A stretch of DNA of 64,000 nt, from contig MU058252.1 in the NCBI GenBank assembly GCA_013265495.1, positions 1,336,244-1,400,243 on the forward strand, in the 5' to 3' direction. Source of the stretch: Vicugna vicugna. Lineage: Eukaryota. Each line of letters opens with the position of its first letter. The first letter of the stretch is position 1. The translations under genes and the position numbers were made by a program. This document shows positions 49,000 through 61,730 of the stretch, piece by piece. The notes beneath the pieces were generated by a model. That model made no database searches. It had not been told where the DNA came from and was given only the letters and a program-made list of their open reading frames with translations.

Positions 49000-50100
49000 T
49001 GCCCAGAGCCAGACCTCCAGGGATCTGCAGAGATTTCCCTTCAGCTGACCAGTGCATGCAGGCAAGACAACTGCCCAAGGCCAGGGAAAGAATTACCCGA
49101 AAGGAGCAAGCAGAAGAATTCAAGCCCACACAGGCCCAGGGATAGGCAGTGCCCCCACCAGCCAGGGAGGGGAGCACCGTCGCATAAGGGGCAGCAGGTA
49201 GAGAAGCCAGAGATTGTCTCAGAAGTGGACAAAAATCAGCCCGAGGCTGACGGCGGCTTTGGTCCTAACTGATAAAGCCTCAGAAGGCTCAAACTATTCC
49301 CGAGTAACTTACCTGTGCCCCAGAACAAAGATCAAAAACATTAAAAAACAAAACAAAAAACGAAAAAACCTATCGAGCACCGGGAAGGTAACATCCACAA
49401 TATTTAGCATGGAATAAAGAATTACAAGGCATACAAAACAAAACAAAACACCAGGATAAGATGGCCAATAGTGAGGGAAAGTCACTTTATTGGTAACATA
49501 AGTGTGGTAGACAAGCACATTAAAAGAGTTAGTGTAACAGAATTCTGTATGTTCAAGAAGGTTGAGGAAAACAAAAACATGTTAAAAGAAATTTTAAAAG
49601 ACTCAAAAAATGTAGAGAGATGAAAACTACAACGTCTGAGATGAGAAGCACACTGGGGGGATAAATAGATGAGACACCACAGGAAAAAAGATTAGTGAAC
49701 TTGACGACATTAATAGAAAGTATCCAAAATAAAACACAGAGTGAAAAGCCTTTAAAAACTCAGTAACTGGGGCAACTTCAAGTGGCCTCATATGCATGGA
49801 AGTGGAGTCCTCAAGGAGAGGGAAGAGAGAAAGAGACAAAAAATTTGAAGAAATAATGGCCAAAATTGTTCTGAATTTGATGAAAGCTGTAATCCTACAG
49901 ACCCAAGAAGCACAATGAACACCAAGCAAAGGAAACAAAAGACCCCACATGCTGCGGATTCGGGGCACTGCGGGAAAGCAGAGGGTACCTCATAACAAAG
50001 ACACAAAACTCATGTAAAAGAATTTAAAAGCTGTGAGAGACAATGACACGGTATGTCCAAAGGAACAAAAGTAAGGATGACAGCTGATTCTTGTCAGAAT
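49000..50100 (+). mobile_element. Ancient L1 5'/ORF1 remnant
   Basis: aagattagtgaacttga...tttgaagaaataatggccaaaatt...acagacccaagaagcacaatgaac...aggatgacagctgattcttgtcagaa. Confidence 0.65.
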
Positions 50101-50124
50101 TTCATTTTGAGACAATACGTTTTG

Positions 50125-50238
50125 CTTACTTTTCTTTTTTTAAAGCTGCTTTTTTTTTTCTTAATGGAGGCACCATGGATTGAACCTGGGACCTCAGGCA
50201 TGCAAAACACACACTCTACCACTGAGCTATACCCTGTC
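50125..50238 (-). mobile_element. Vic-1-like SINE
   Basis: taatggagg..gattgaacctgggacctc..actctaccactgagctataccc. Confidence 0.85.
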
Positions 50239-51717
50239 CCTTGTGCTCACTTTGTAAAATGAGCTTTCTATTTCTAAGAGCAGAAAGCATGCTACCTGAT
50301 GAAAGAGTATTTTATGTATCCTGGGCATACTGTCTGGTAAGTGATGTAGAAGATGTGCTTTATTTATTTTACCTTCTCCATCCCTACTGCACAGGAGGAA
50401 AGAAATGGTACATTTTCTATCAATCATTTAGGAGAAATCCTTACTTATGGAAATGATAAATTTGGCAATGATCCTTCAAGGGTAACAGAAATACTTAGTG
50501 AGGATAATAAAGATTCGTGTTTGGTAACTGTCTGCGTAGCCCCACAGTGTCGTGTTTTACAGATATAACCTAAATGAGTTCTTCCCAATATCTGTGTTCC
50601 TTTTCTTGCCTAGCAACAGAATCCCTGGTTTTTCGCTGGAGACATGGCTCTGAAATGACATTGCTCAGCTCCTATTACAGCTAGGGTGTGTGGCTTCTGG
50701 AAACTGGCCTTTCTTTCTCCTTTCTTCTAACCAGTATACAGAGGAGAAGACAGGAGCTGAAGCAGCCAGTTTGGACCCTTGAGGTCAAGTTGGTGATGCT
50801 CAGCAGAGAACCTGGTAGAAGAAGCCGGCAGCCCCAACGCTGCGGAGTGCCACACTTGCCTTGAGCCACCTACCAGGGATTTTACCTGAGACAGAAGTGA
50901 ACCTCTGTCTCCTTAAACCACTGTTTGCGGCACTTGCTCAGTCGCAGCTGAACCTAAACCTCTCTGCTACAAGCAGGTGTCATTAACTCCACTTCCCTGA
51001 CACAGTAATCAAGTTCTAACACATGGAAAAGCTTAGATTTGAACCAAGTGTGCCTTGATATTTTCAGCAAATTACTCTTCTTACCATTAATGTTAAGAAA
51101 AATGGCAGCTGTGCTGTTAAAAGATTTGCAAAGGATACGAAATCAAAATATCATTAGCCACTAAGAACTTTAACTGAAGCTCAGATAACTAAATATTTAA
51201 GAACACCTTAAGACTTTGCTTTTAAAGAGAATGTTTACATTGGAATTGTGACATGAACTGAATTTTTTAAAAAAGACACAGAAGACATAGAAGAACCTAC
51301 CCTAAGGGACCAACATTTTAATTTCAGAGTGTTTTTGTCTCTTGTCATAAACACACAGTTTATGACAGGATTTAGGGAAAGAAAGAACACCTCGGTGCCT
51401 TACAGCTCTGGTTTTACAGGGGAGTCAACAATACTGCAATAGGACACTTCTTGTTACCATTTCTAATAAGGAACTGAGGCTGAGTGACAGCCAAGGTCAA
51501 GGAGCAAAGGGCAGCCGAGGTTCATCTTGTGCACCGGCTCTGACCCCAAAGACGCTGCTGGCAGCGTGGGGCTGGGCGGGTTTCTGAACGTCTCTCAGGA
51601 ACAGGCTGTGATGCGCGCAGGCTGTGGGGGCGGCTGGACATCACGAATTTAAACCTTTACTTTTATTTCTCAATCCACAGGATTATGTTCCCACTTGAAA
51701 TTTCCTCTTTTATCTTT

Positions 51718-52245
51718 TGATGGGGTTCAGCATATGCCACCCCGAAATACGCTGCTTTGGCGCATTGACGACCGTGCATGGAAGGCAGCTGAGACCGGGC
51801 AGGTGCAGGGAGGGCTTCCTAACCTCCCTCTTTGTACCTGAAAGCAAGTCATGAAGTTTGCCAGGAGAAAGGTGCCCTCCCTGCTCCAGGAAGAGAACAG
51901 TCACATCTCCAGAGACTGGGAGTCGATGCCAAACTGGGAGTCAGGCCCCAGACAAACCAACCTGCTAAAACAACCCTCCCCTCCCATCAGCTTCCATGTA
52001 TTTACTCCTCACTGCCCCACAATTTACTGCCCTGAGGCCAAGCCCTTCTTTGTGTAAAAAAAGGTAAATAAGCTTTTGGGTCTAAGGACTTCTGCAGGTC
52101 TTAGTTTTCCTCTAGAAGATTCCTGTGTGCATGTAAAAATATTAAACGTATATGCTCTTCTTCTGTTAACATATCATGTGTCAGCTTAATTCTTAGGCCA
52201 GCCATGGAACCTGAGAGAGTAGAAAAAATTTTTTCTTCCCCTACA
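51718..52245 (+). mobile_element. ERV1-class solo LTR (MER34/MER39-like)
   Basis: Starts tgatggggttcagcatatgccaccc.gaaata and ends ttttcttcccctaca (TG...CA), with attaaa in the U3/R region. Confidence 0.7.
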
Positions 52246-52929
52246 CTTTACTAATGTTAGATGTCAGTGGAACACTTGCTTTATCTATGTAGAAATTATA
52301 TTATTTTAGAGCTGTGTTTCATGGATAAACATAATGATAAAATATGAGGACATCCCAGTGGGTTCTCCTCTGGGACGTTTACCCTCGCTGTCCAGGGCTC
52401 TGAGCTGTTCAGACACAAGAAAAGGGGTCAGGAAGCAGCTCCACTGAGGGTCCAATACAATATCCTGCCATCGTAGGGCCACATGGCTCTCTCCCTTCTC
52501 TGGGCTCCCACCCCACTTAGGGGTCACAGCACATCTCTTGGAGCTATTTCCTTTTAAAGGACTCATGTGTGGTGGATCTCTCTAGATCCAGGCAGTTAGA
52601 CTCCCCCTATGCCCTTCCCCCCAACAGATATTCCATAAAGCCTTAGTGCTTGGCTATTTGACAGAAAGTGATGGTTCAATGTGTCAGAATCAACAAAAAA
52701 AGTCATCCGCATGGTGGATTTCATTTTCCATCACTGTGGACGTCCACATTGGTGGGAGAGAGCTGGATAAGGCCCTGTAGGACCCTAAACAGACCTGGCC
52801 CTTAACCCCTACATGCCAGGACCAGAAGAGGCCCGTCAGACACATGACTCCACGTGGAACGTATGCATTGTAACAATTATTGTAATAGCTAACTTTTATT
52901 GTGCGATTACGTGTCAGGTGCTGTTCTCA

Positions 52930-53620
52930 GCAGGACTGGCTACATAATTAGCAGGCCCAGCACAAAAGGAAAATATGCAGCCCCTTTTTCAAAAAGCAGG
53001 GGGAGAGCAGTGTTGAAAGTGCTAAGGTATCTAGCATTTTCCTTTCTTCTGTGGTCTCTCTCTGGACGTGTCCTGATGGTTTTAATTTTCTATTTAATGT
53101 CACTGTCCCTGGGGTGTGTAGACCCTCCCAGGTGCCCTGTCCTGCCAGTCAGTGTGTACACCCACATCTACCAGCTGCTGAATTCCCCTCTCCCAGCAAC
53201 CAAATCAAAGCACCGCCCTGGCTGGGTGCGGGGCAGCCTACATCAAACACCAGGCAGATAGGTGACCCCCAGGGCTTTACAGTCTCTGCCTGGACATGCT
53301 GGGCGCCTGATCAGGACAGAGTACTGCCAGCAGGGGCCGGACTGACATGGGGGCACACACGCTGGCCACTGGGTGAACCCTGGGGCAGAGGCGCCAGGAA
53401 TCCGCCCCAGGGAGGCAGCAGAGGCAGGACCAGAAGGATGCAGCCCCGATCCTGGCCCTTGGTCGTGTCCCATGGGACTTCACTTACAAAACAGAAATTC
53501 CAAAGATGAAACTGTTAAGAACTGCAAGAAGATATCCCAGAGCATCCATCCCAAGTGTGGGGTCCTTTTGCGCAGGGGGCCCTGTGCCCCCAACCTGGCT
53601 GCATGTCCCTGCAGACAGCT
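52930..53620 (-). mobile_element. MER45-like hAT-Tip100 DNA transposon inserted in a MIR
   Basis: caggactggctacataatt..ggcccagcacaaaa.gaaaat..gccccttt.tcaaaa matches the MER45 terminus. The other end lies near agggggccctgtgc...gcagacagc. Confidence 0.65.
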
Positions 53621-53704
53621 TTGTGGGGATCATGTCTCTAATCTTCACAAGCCTGTAAAACTAGGTGCTATTATTGTCTCCGTTTTACAGATAAAGAAAT
53701 TGAG

Positions 53705-54171
53705 ATACTACTCAGCCATAAAAAAGAATAAAATGATGCCATTTGCAGCAACATGGATGAACCTGGAGATCATCAGTCTAAGTGAAGTAAGCCAGAAACA
53801 GAAGAAAAATACCATAGGATATTAAATGTAGAATTAAAAAAAAAAGACACTAATGAACTTATCTGCAAAACAGAAACAGATACACAAAGTAAACAAACTT
53901 ATGGTTCCAGCCAGGGGCAGGGGTGGGGTGTGGAAAGGGATAAACTGGGAGTTTGAGATTTGCAAATATTAACTACTATATATAAAACAGATAAACAACA
54001 AGTTTCTTCTGTACAGCACAGGGAACTATATTCAGCATCTTATAGTAACCTACTGTGAAAAAGGATGTATGTGTATATATATATGACTGAAGCATTATGC
54101 TGTACACCAAAGATTGACACATCATAAACTGACTATACTTCGATTTTTAAAAAATTTGAAAAAATAAAAAG
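53705..54171 (+). mobile_element. L1 3' end with 12-bp TSD, inserted in a MIR
   Basis: atactactcagccataaaaaagaataaaatgatgccatttgcagcaacatggatgaacctggag... TSD aaagaaattgag at 53693-53704 and 54172-54183. Confidence 0.9.
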
Positions 54172-54387
54172 AAAGAAATTGAGGCAGAGAGGGAGTCAGA
54201 GCCTGCCCCAGTGGGTGGAGCGAGGCTCTGATGCAGACCTGACCCTGAGCCTGCATTCCTGGCATTATCCACGCAGCTGCTCTTAGAAGAACATGTGCAC
54301 AGAAGGACAGAAAGAAAGGACAGCCAAGCATCCATGCCTCGTGCGAGTCTAGCTGGCCCTGAAGCCCTGTCCTCACTGTAGTCTATC

Positions 54388-54631
54388 TGTTCTTTCTTTC
54401 TCTCTCTCTTTCTTTCTTTCTTTTCTCTTTCCTTCCTTCCTTCCTTTCTCTCTCTCTCTCCCTTTCTTTCTTTCCCTTCCTTCCTTCCTTCCTTCCTTCC
54501 TTCCTTCCTTCCTTCCTTCCTTCCTTCCTTCCTTTCCTTCCTTCCCTTCCTTCCCTCCTTCCTTCCTTCCTTCCTTCCTTCCTTCCTTCCTTCCTTCCTT
54601 CCTTCCTTCCTTCCTTCCTTCCTTCTTTCCT
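54388..54631. repeat. Long pure-pyrimidine microsatellite (TTTC)/(TC)/(TTCC)n
   Basis: About 240 nt of only C/T on the plus strand. Confidence 0.97.
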
Positions 54632-55628
54632 ACCTACAACTGTTTTCTGCTTAATCCTCTCCCCAGGGAGAAATAGGAACATTAAAACAACACGAGGGAT
54701 CTGTTTAGGAGCTAGAGGGCCTGTGTCAGGCCAGCGGAGTTACTGAAACTGTTCGGGCTGGTTGGGAGCCGACTCCTCACCACTGCCTCCCCTAATTAGC
54801 TCAGAAGCACCGGATTCCTTCTGCAGGTTTACAGCCTGGCATGAAATGAGGATCCTGGTCAACTGTGTTAGAGAAGGACCTCATGAGCAGGTGCGAGTGT
54901 CTGCCAGGACTCCAAGCAATCTTCTAGAACTTTACAGTAGTTCTTTTAGAGCCCATACTTCCTTGTTTGTTTCCGTTTATTTCACCAGAAAAGGGTGGGA
55001 TCTTTGAAAATACAGTCTCAAAAGAACTGCTGACTCCCTTGTCCATCTGCCTTTCCATGGTCACCGTAGTTATCACCGAGAGGCAGTTAGAAAGTCATCT
55101 CAACAATGGAGACATAACCAGCGATGCGCTGATACTTTTTAATAAGTAGCTCTCTGGAAGGTATTTTTTTAAAGGTCCTGATCTGTAGTGCTTGATGATT
55201 TCTGTGGTGTACACCCAGTACCATGACTGATTTCAGGCTACGGGGGTGATATCCTCCTGCTTGCAAAATACCTGAAACTGTCCCAGTCAGCTCTCCAGGC
55301 TGATAGGAGCCAATGCACCTCCCGCCCCAGCACACCCTCAGGCACAGCTTTTCTTTCAAGTATCCAGGAGTGCTTTATTTGAGTGAGAGCGTCCAGCTGA
55401 GACTGTGCTAGGTGAGTCTGGCTGGGAGACGGCTGAGGCTGGCCACCCTGAGGGCCAGAGCCTTCTGGAAGGAAAGGCCTGGAGAACAGGAGGTGGCCGT
55501 GATTGGATGGCTAATGGCGTGATGTGAAAGGTGAGGGTGGGGCAGGTCCCAGAGTGGGGACAGCGCCTGGGGACCTCAGGGTGTGCTCAAAGGAAGTGAC
55601 TGTGGGGAGAATGGGAAAGAGAACCAAG

Positions 55629-55664
55629 TGATTTAAATGATTTAACTGATTTAAGTGATTTAAC
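55629..55664. repeat. Four tandem copies of TGATTTAAN
   Basis: tgatttaaa tgatttaac tgatttaag tgatttaac. Confidence 0.8.
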
Positions 55665-56119
55665 TTAATTATAGAAAAAGCATAATAATGAAGGAAGTAA
55701 TTGTCTCTCTTTTGTATTAAAATCCCGTTTGACTGTTAATTGGATTTCTCTTGAACTTCCCTGCCCTCCCCGCCCCAACATCAATGCCACTGGTGGATCC
55801 TTCCTGGTACAGTGTATCCTCAGAGCACAGAGTTTAGTTCACACTCTGGTCTTACTGCTCTCGGAAGGGATTCCCGTAAGGCGACATCTGTACCAAGCAC
55901 CTCCTTACGTTTGGGAGTGGCTGAAAGGGACGCATCTGACTGAGTCTTTTCTCTCTGCCTTTGGATAGACGTTTCATGGGTGTATATCTCCCTGTGGAAA
56001 ATAACATCATATGATCGACTTCATTCCTTTTTCTAAATTGGCTAGTGTGGAGGACAGGGCAGAGTTCTCATAAACTTCTAATATTAAGGAGAGTATTAAC
56101 ATTAGAAATGAAAAGATAG

Positions 56120-56233
56120 GTGGAGGATATAGCTTAAGTGGTAGAGCGCATGCTTAGCATGCATGAGGTCCTGGGTTCAATCCCCAGTACCTCCTCCAAA
56201 AATAAATAAACATAACTGCCCACCCCCCAAAAA
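56120..56233 (+). mobile_element. Vic-1-like SINE with a perfect 16-bp TSD
   Basis: tRNA-Ala(AGC)-like head tagcttaagtggtagagcgcatgcttagcatgcatgaggtcctgggttcaatccccagtacctcc. TSD agaaatgaaaagatag at 56104-56119 and 56234-56249. Confidence 0.93.
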
Positions 56234-57489
56234 AGAAATGAAAAGATAGAAAAAGTAGGAAATATAAAAAAGGAAAATGTGCATAAATAAAAACTCCATT
56301 AAATAACATTCATTTATTTTAAATGTGTACAACATTCTTGTTGCTACTTAAAAATAGAATGATGAAGGATGATTTGGTGGGAGTAATTGTTTGGGAAAAA
56401 AAATCAATTTAACATCACTTTGCTTTCAATTTCTGCTGCCAAGAAAGCTCATGCTTATCTTCTAATTCAAACATAAGTGTCTCCAGAAACCTTTGGATCC
56501 TGTATTACAAAACCCCATCTGTTGTGCCCTCTCCAAATTAGCATTTTAGCTTAATTCACTTATGAATTTCTTGACATTCACTTGATTTCCCCCACTCTTG
56601 TTATCTAAAATCACAACTGGCATCTTTTAGATTTGGACTCAACTTAGAAAATAGTTTTTAGCTTTTAAAAATCCTTTTTCGTAGTAAGCAGCGTATAAAT
56701 AAATAAAACGTGAAACACAATGATACAAATATATAGGTACAGGGGTGTTCGCTGCAGCGTTTGTTCACAATAGTGACAACTGGAAGCAAACGTCTATGAC
56801 TCAAAGGGTAGTTAAAGCAATAATATCTATCAGTTCTTCCATCGGCGGGTCCCAATATGGAAGCCACATATGATATATTAAGTGGAAAAAGCAAGTTGAA
56901 AGAGCAGTATACAGATGATTTAATATATGGAAAGCTAAGCTCTGTACATGTAAGGACACAGAAACTGGACTGCATGTCACCCCAGGTGAGGATGCCACTA
57001 ACTCTAGGGTGGGACAGGGCTGATCGGGGAGGGTAGGAGAGGGGACAGTCACTTTTTTTTTCTGTAAACTTGTATTATGTTTGAATCTTCAACAAAAAAA
57101 TGTATGGATTTGTGTTATCTTGAATTCAAAAATCCAAACCAAAGCAAAAATTCCTGAGTTACCAAGTGTATATAATAAAGCAGCCAGCCATACACGTAAG
57201 GGTCACCAGGAATTTTGAAGATTTTCTTCCTATGCCTCTTTTGAATAATTTCCTATCTGTAGTCTTGGCAAAATAAAAAGGAAAGACATCTAAAACCTAC
57301 ATGAGAGGAAGCTATTGCAGTGGAAGGGAACCGCTGTATAACTGTGTGTCTAGCATGCACAGAGATTACAGTTTTAGGTAGAATATAGGACAGAGGCAAA
57401 ATTTTGTTTCGTTTCTGGGAAGGATATCCTCCTAATGATGGCGAGGATGATAAATTACTGTATGGCAAGCAATACCTGAAATAATTTCG

Positions 57490-57680
57490 CCTTTTATTAA
57501 CTCATGTAATCTCAACAACAACCCAGTCAGGAAGACTCTGGAGTTATTCCCATTTTACAGACAAGAAACGGAGGCAGAGAGAGGTAAAGGAACTTGGCCA
57601 AGGTTACACAGCTTGTCAAGGGTGAAGTTGAGATTCATACCTGGCAGGATGAATCCAGAGTCCATCCAGCCTAACCACTC
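57490..57680. mobile_element. MIR SINE
   Basis: cccattttacagacaagaaacggaggcagagagaggtaaaggaacttggccaaggttacacagc. Confidence 0.8.
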
Positions 57681-58099
57681 CCTTAAAATCATAAAGCCAG
57701 ATGAATACACGCACCAGTTAGGCGAGCACATCTAAGGGGTGGAGAAGGGGCAGGGCTCCGGGGGGCTGGTCCAGCACTACCTTTACCCATAGCGCCCTAT
57801 ACACTCCCAGACCGCCAGCTGCAATTTCTCTCCATGAGTGCAGCCAAGTTTTCCTTTGGATGCTTATTTTCCGGTACTTTTGCGTTACTGCACTCAGTCA
57901 AGGAGGTTGGCGTGCCTTGGGAAGCAATTATAGAAGGAGTGCACACCAGAGAAACCAAGATGCTCTGAGTGGTGGTCATTGCGAAAGGCAGCAGGACCCT
58001 GCCCCTCCCAACCCCCCACCTCTTGTTCATAGAAAAGCTGACGTCTCCCCGCCTCCCTGAGTCTCAGAAGAGCAGCTCCAGCAGCTGATGAGGACCAGC

Positions 58100-58830
58100 C
58101 TGCAGGCGCTGGGGGATGGCGAGGGCTCTGACCACCTGTCTCAGCGACTAACTGAGGTCACTCTCCCTTTTCTCTTTCAAACTTTCAGGGCTGAACAGAA
58201 TCTTTGGAGATTTTTTTTGGGGGGGATGCTGGGTCCACCAGATTGCAGCCATTCTAGTTAAAAGCAACTTTCCTTTTTGTCACCAAGGCTTTGCCCCAGG
58301 ATCATACCCCTGCCCCTCCCTAGAAACCAGTTACTCTTCTCTAAGTCCCGGAGGCAGCAGCAGAGAAGAAACAAGAACTGGTTAGAACTGACGGAGTCCA
58401 GGGTGGTGGAGGATGTGACCTCCAGTGGACCTTAAGCCTCATTATACGATCATCGTCATATATTAGCTGCTAAGTGACCCACCGACCATGACAGCTGACA
58501 ATCGCCATGACAACCACCAAAAAAGCCCATACAAGGACGGAAAAGCCGGTGCAAGGGCTGAGTGGCCCCATTACACCCGGCAGGAGGCCGAGATGGCAGA
58601 AGCCGCCCACAGAAGCCCACGTGACCCGACACGGGCAGGAGCTGTCCCTCCCTCCCGTCTCACCTGACAGCTCCCTGTTCCAGCACTTTCCTTCTATGTC
58701 CCCTTGTGAGCAATAAAGTGGCTGTTCACCGCGTCCCTCCGCCTCTCCTGTGTGAATTCGTTCACAGCCGCGGCAAGGACCCACACTGTGGTGGGCTTCC
58801 TCATTTAGGGGCTCCTCCATCTGCTAATGG
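58100..58830. mobile_element. ERV LTR-like segment(s)
   Basis: gacctccagtggacct...catatattagc...gacagctgaca..gccatgacaacc...caataaagtggctg...tgaattc.ttc..gccgcggcaaggaccc, an LTR-like U3/R/U5 layout. Family not assigned. Confidence 0.5.
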
Positions 58831-60805
58831 TTGGGGGCCAGTAACAGGAATAGGGAGGCCACGGCCAGGGACTGTGCGGATGGAGGCAGGACGCTGAACA
58901 GGGGAGCTATGACTTATCCCTGAGTCAGCAGCTGGGATGGGAGCGTGCCTCCGGCTTTCTCTTGTGCTGCCTTATTGAACTGGCTATTTGACAGAGGACT
59001 GGATGAATCACTTTTCTAGTTAAAAAGGAAGCAGAAGTCAGAGCCCAAACTCAAGTAATTTATAAACTACGGTAATATGAGAAGGACATCCAGAGATGAA
59101 CATAAAGAGACAGAAACAAATATTTAGCGGAGGATCTGGGCTGTGGAACACACGCCAGCACCAGCTGAGTTGTATGACGGCGGTGCGAGAAGATGATAGC
59201 CTCTGAGAACTTGTTTCCTCAGCTTTGATGGGGAAGAACTGCACCTATGCCCCTGAACCGTCACAAGAATTAGAGGAGATCATGGACGCGAAAGGGTTTG
59301 GCGCTGGGCTCCCCGTCAGCTTGGCTGAGATGCTCAGGGTGACTTCCTACCCGATCTGTCCCTCTCCACTTGCACCCACAGGTGTCAGACCTGCATTGTG
59401 GCCTGAAGACTCTCCCTGCCCATCCCTGCCCCTCGCCTCTTTCTCCTTCACAGACTCTCCCCCAGACTTGGAATTCCATCTTGGCAGTTGCACTGAGAAG
59501 TCTGGGGCTGCCACAAGGCTAGAGAAGTACCAACAGGCTTGCAATAATGAGAAACAGCACATTGAGGAAAGAGGTCTGGGGGGACTGGAGAGACAGATTC
59601 ACTCCAGGTAAGGGTTGGTCTGGGTGAGACAGTGGGGGTGAGTTGCTCCCTATGGTTACTCTCCAAGGGACAAAGAACCTGCCTTCCCCCTCAAGACTGG
59701 GAAAAGGGCTCACGTCCTCCTGGATGTACACGGCCGCCTCCTTGGTTTGCATTGTTTAGTCCTGCTCTCTGCTCAGAATTTTCCAGTCATTCTCTCGGTC
59801 TGTGAGATGGAGGCTGTGGTGTCCCACCCAGATTCCCCCTTCTGGGCCACCACACCCACCCTGGCTGCTGTGAGCAAGGGAGTGGCCAAGATCTCACAAT
59901 GCCCCTTTCTCTGGGATACTGTCCCTGATGGAGGGGAGCCCCAGCCAGGAGTATTTGCTGTTCTCCAGCCCCCAATCAAGGTTAACCCACAGCCGGTGAC
60001 TGCTGATGGGAGTGGGGACACAGAAGGCTGCCTCTATCTCCAGATTAGACTCCAAAATCCACATCTCTGCTCAACCGGTCTCCTCCCCAACTCTGCTTCC
60101 CTCCCCCTCATGGGTTCTCCCTGAAGAGCATCCCCCCACAAAGCCTGGTACTGAACCCTTGCCTCAGCCTCTGCTCCACGGGCGCGGTGTCTGTCGGGAG
60201 CCTCAGAGGATGGGGGTCTCAAGTTGGGTTACTCACCCAGCCACAAGGACCCGACCTAAATCTGTCAGCGTATCCCAAAGTGTGACCCATGGAATGCCTA
60301 CTTCAGAAGCACCTAGAATACTTGTTTAAAATGCAGAGACCTGGGCCCAACCCTGGTGGACCTGGAGAATTTGTGTCTTCAACAGGCTTCCAGCCGAACT
60401 CAAGCATCTCAAGTCTGAGCACCCGTGCTCCTCGCCCTCTTCATTCCTGCCGTCACTCCTTGCATCTTCACTTAACACGTTCTCTTCCTTCTGTTACTAT
60501 TGCCCTAAAGTAAATGTGGGAGACTCTGGACTCCTTTCTCCTGCTGTTTGCAGGGCTCCTGCTGCCACCCACCCAGTGCCGACCCCCAGACCGGAAGCTC
60601 TCCCTCTGTGGAAGCAGCTCCAAGCCTCTCCTTCCTCCCCTCCCAAAGGACCAAAACTGGCCACACTGTGCACTTGACACTGTATTATATTCTGCTTTAC
60701 ACTGTAGGAACCTTTTTCCCATGACCTATCCCCTGATATGTGCTGAACCTGTCTGAATGTGGGTTAAACTTCTTTGCATCCCTCATTCCACAAGCATCTG
60801 ATAGT

Positions 60806-61730
60806 GCTTCATTCATTCATTCAATCAATCAATATTTATTGACCATTACATGCCAGGCACAGTATTAGACTCTAGTGATACAAAAATGGCTGGACTATAC
60901 TCGATTTGATGGGACACACAATCCAATTAATGGAATGCTTTCAAGAGTGAATTTATTGGAGCATGGAAGGATAAGTTAGGAGTTTGGGATTAACATACAA
61001 ATTACTATACATAAAATAGATAAACAACAAGGACCTACTGTATAGCACCAGGAACTATATTCTGCATCCTGTAATGAACTATAATGGAAAAGAACCTGAA
61101 AAAGAATATATATATCTATCTGAATCACTTTGCTGTACTCCTGAAACTAAGACAACATTGTAAATCAACTATACTTCAATTTTTAAAATTAATTTATTAT
61201 AAAAGAATCTCTAAAGACAGCATAAAACAGCATTTGTTCATTTATGCATTCAATAAATATGTATTAAGCATTATGTACCAGACACTGTAATAGGTACCAG
61301 GAATATGATAGCACAGTAGAATAGGACCTGATCCTTAGATGTTTATGGTTTAGTAAATGAGACATACTAATTACATAGTTATACAAATCTATAAATGTAA
61401 AATATTTAAGTGCTGTTAAGGAAAAGTGTAGGATGTTAAAGTCCTTGGCTTTATCTGAAGGTTAGGCAAAGATTTAATTAGGCAACTTGGAGAGAAGAGA
61501 TGAGGAAACTCTCAAGGCACAGGGAATAGCAAGTGCAAAGGTCCTGTGGTGGGAGACAGCTTGGCTTCTGGAAGCTGAAAGAAGGCAGCAGGGTGAGCAC
61601 CCTGAGTGATGGGGACAGTGTGAAGAGTAGTGTGAGATTAGGCATGGGGTGGGCAGGAATCAGATTCACAGGGCCTTGAAGGCCACATTAAGGGTTTGCT
61701 CTTCTTTCTAAGAACAACAGGCAGCCACCG
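60806..61730. mobile_element. L2 fragments interrupted by an L1 3' end (~60966-61205)
   Basis: cattcattcattcaatcaatatttattga..tgccaggcac (L2 tail); ggataagttaggagtttgggattaac...aaatcaactatacttcaat (L1). Confidence 0.7.

Noticed and set aside
54383..54682. 99-aa (RKEG)n ORF, and the 11136-11681 ORFs
   Set aside because: Translations of microsatellites or an MLT LTR.
56120..56196. tRNA-Ala gene (also the copies at 19312 and 31895)
   Set aside because: Has a SINE tail, A-rich end and TSD, and a poorly paired acceptor stem; these are SINEs rather than tRNA genes.
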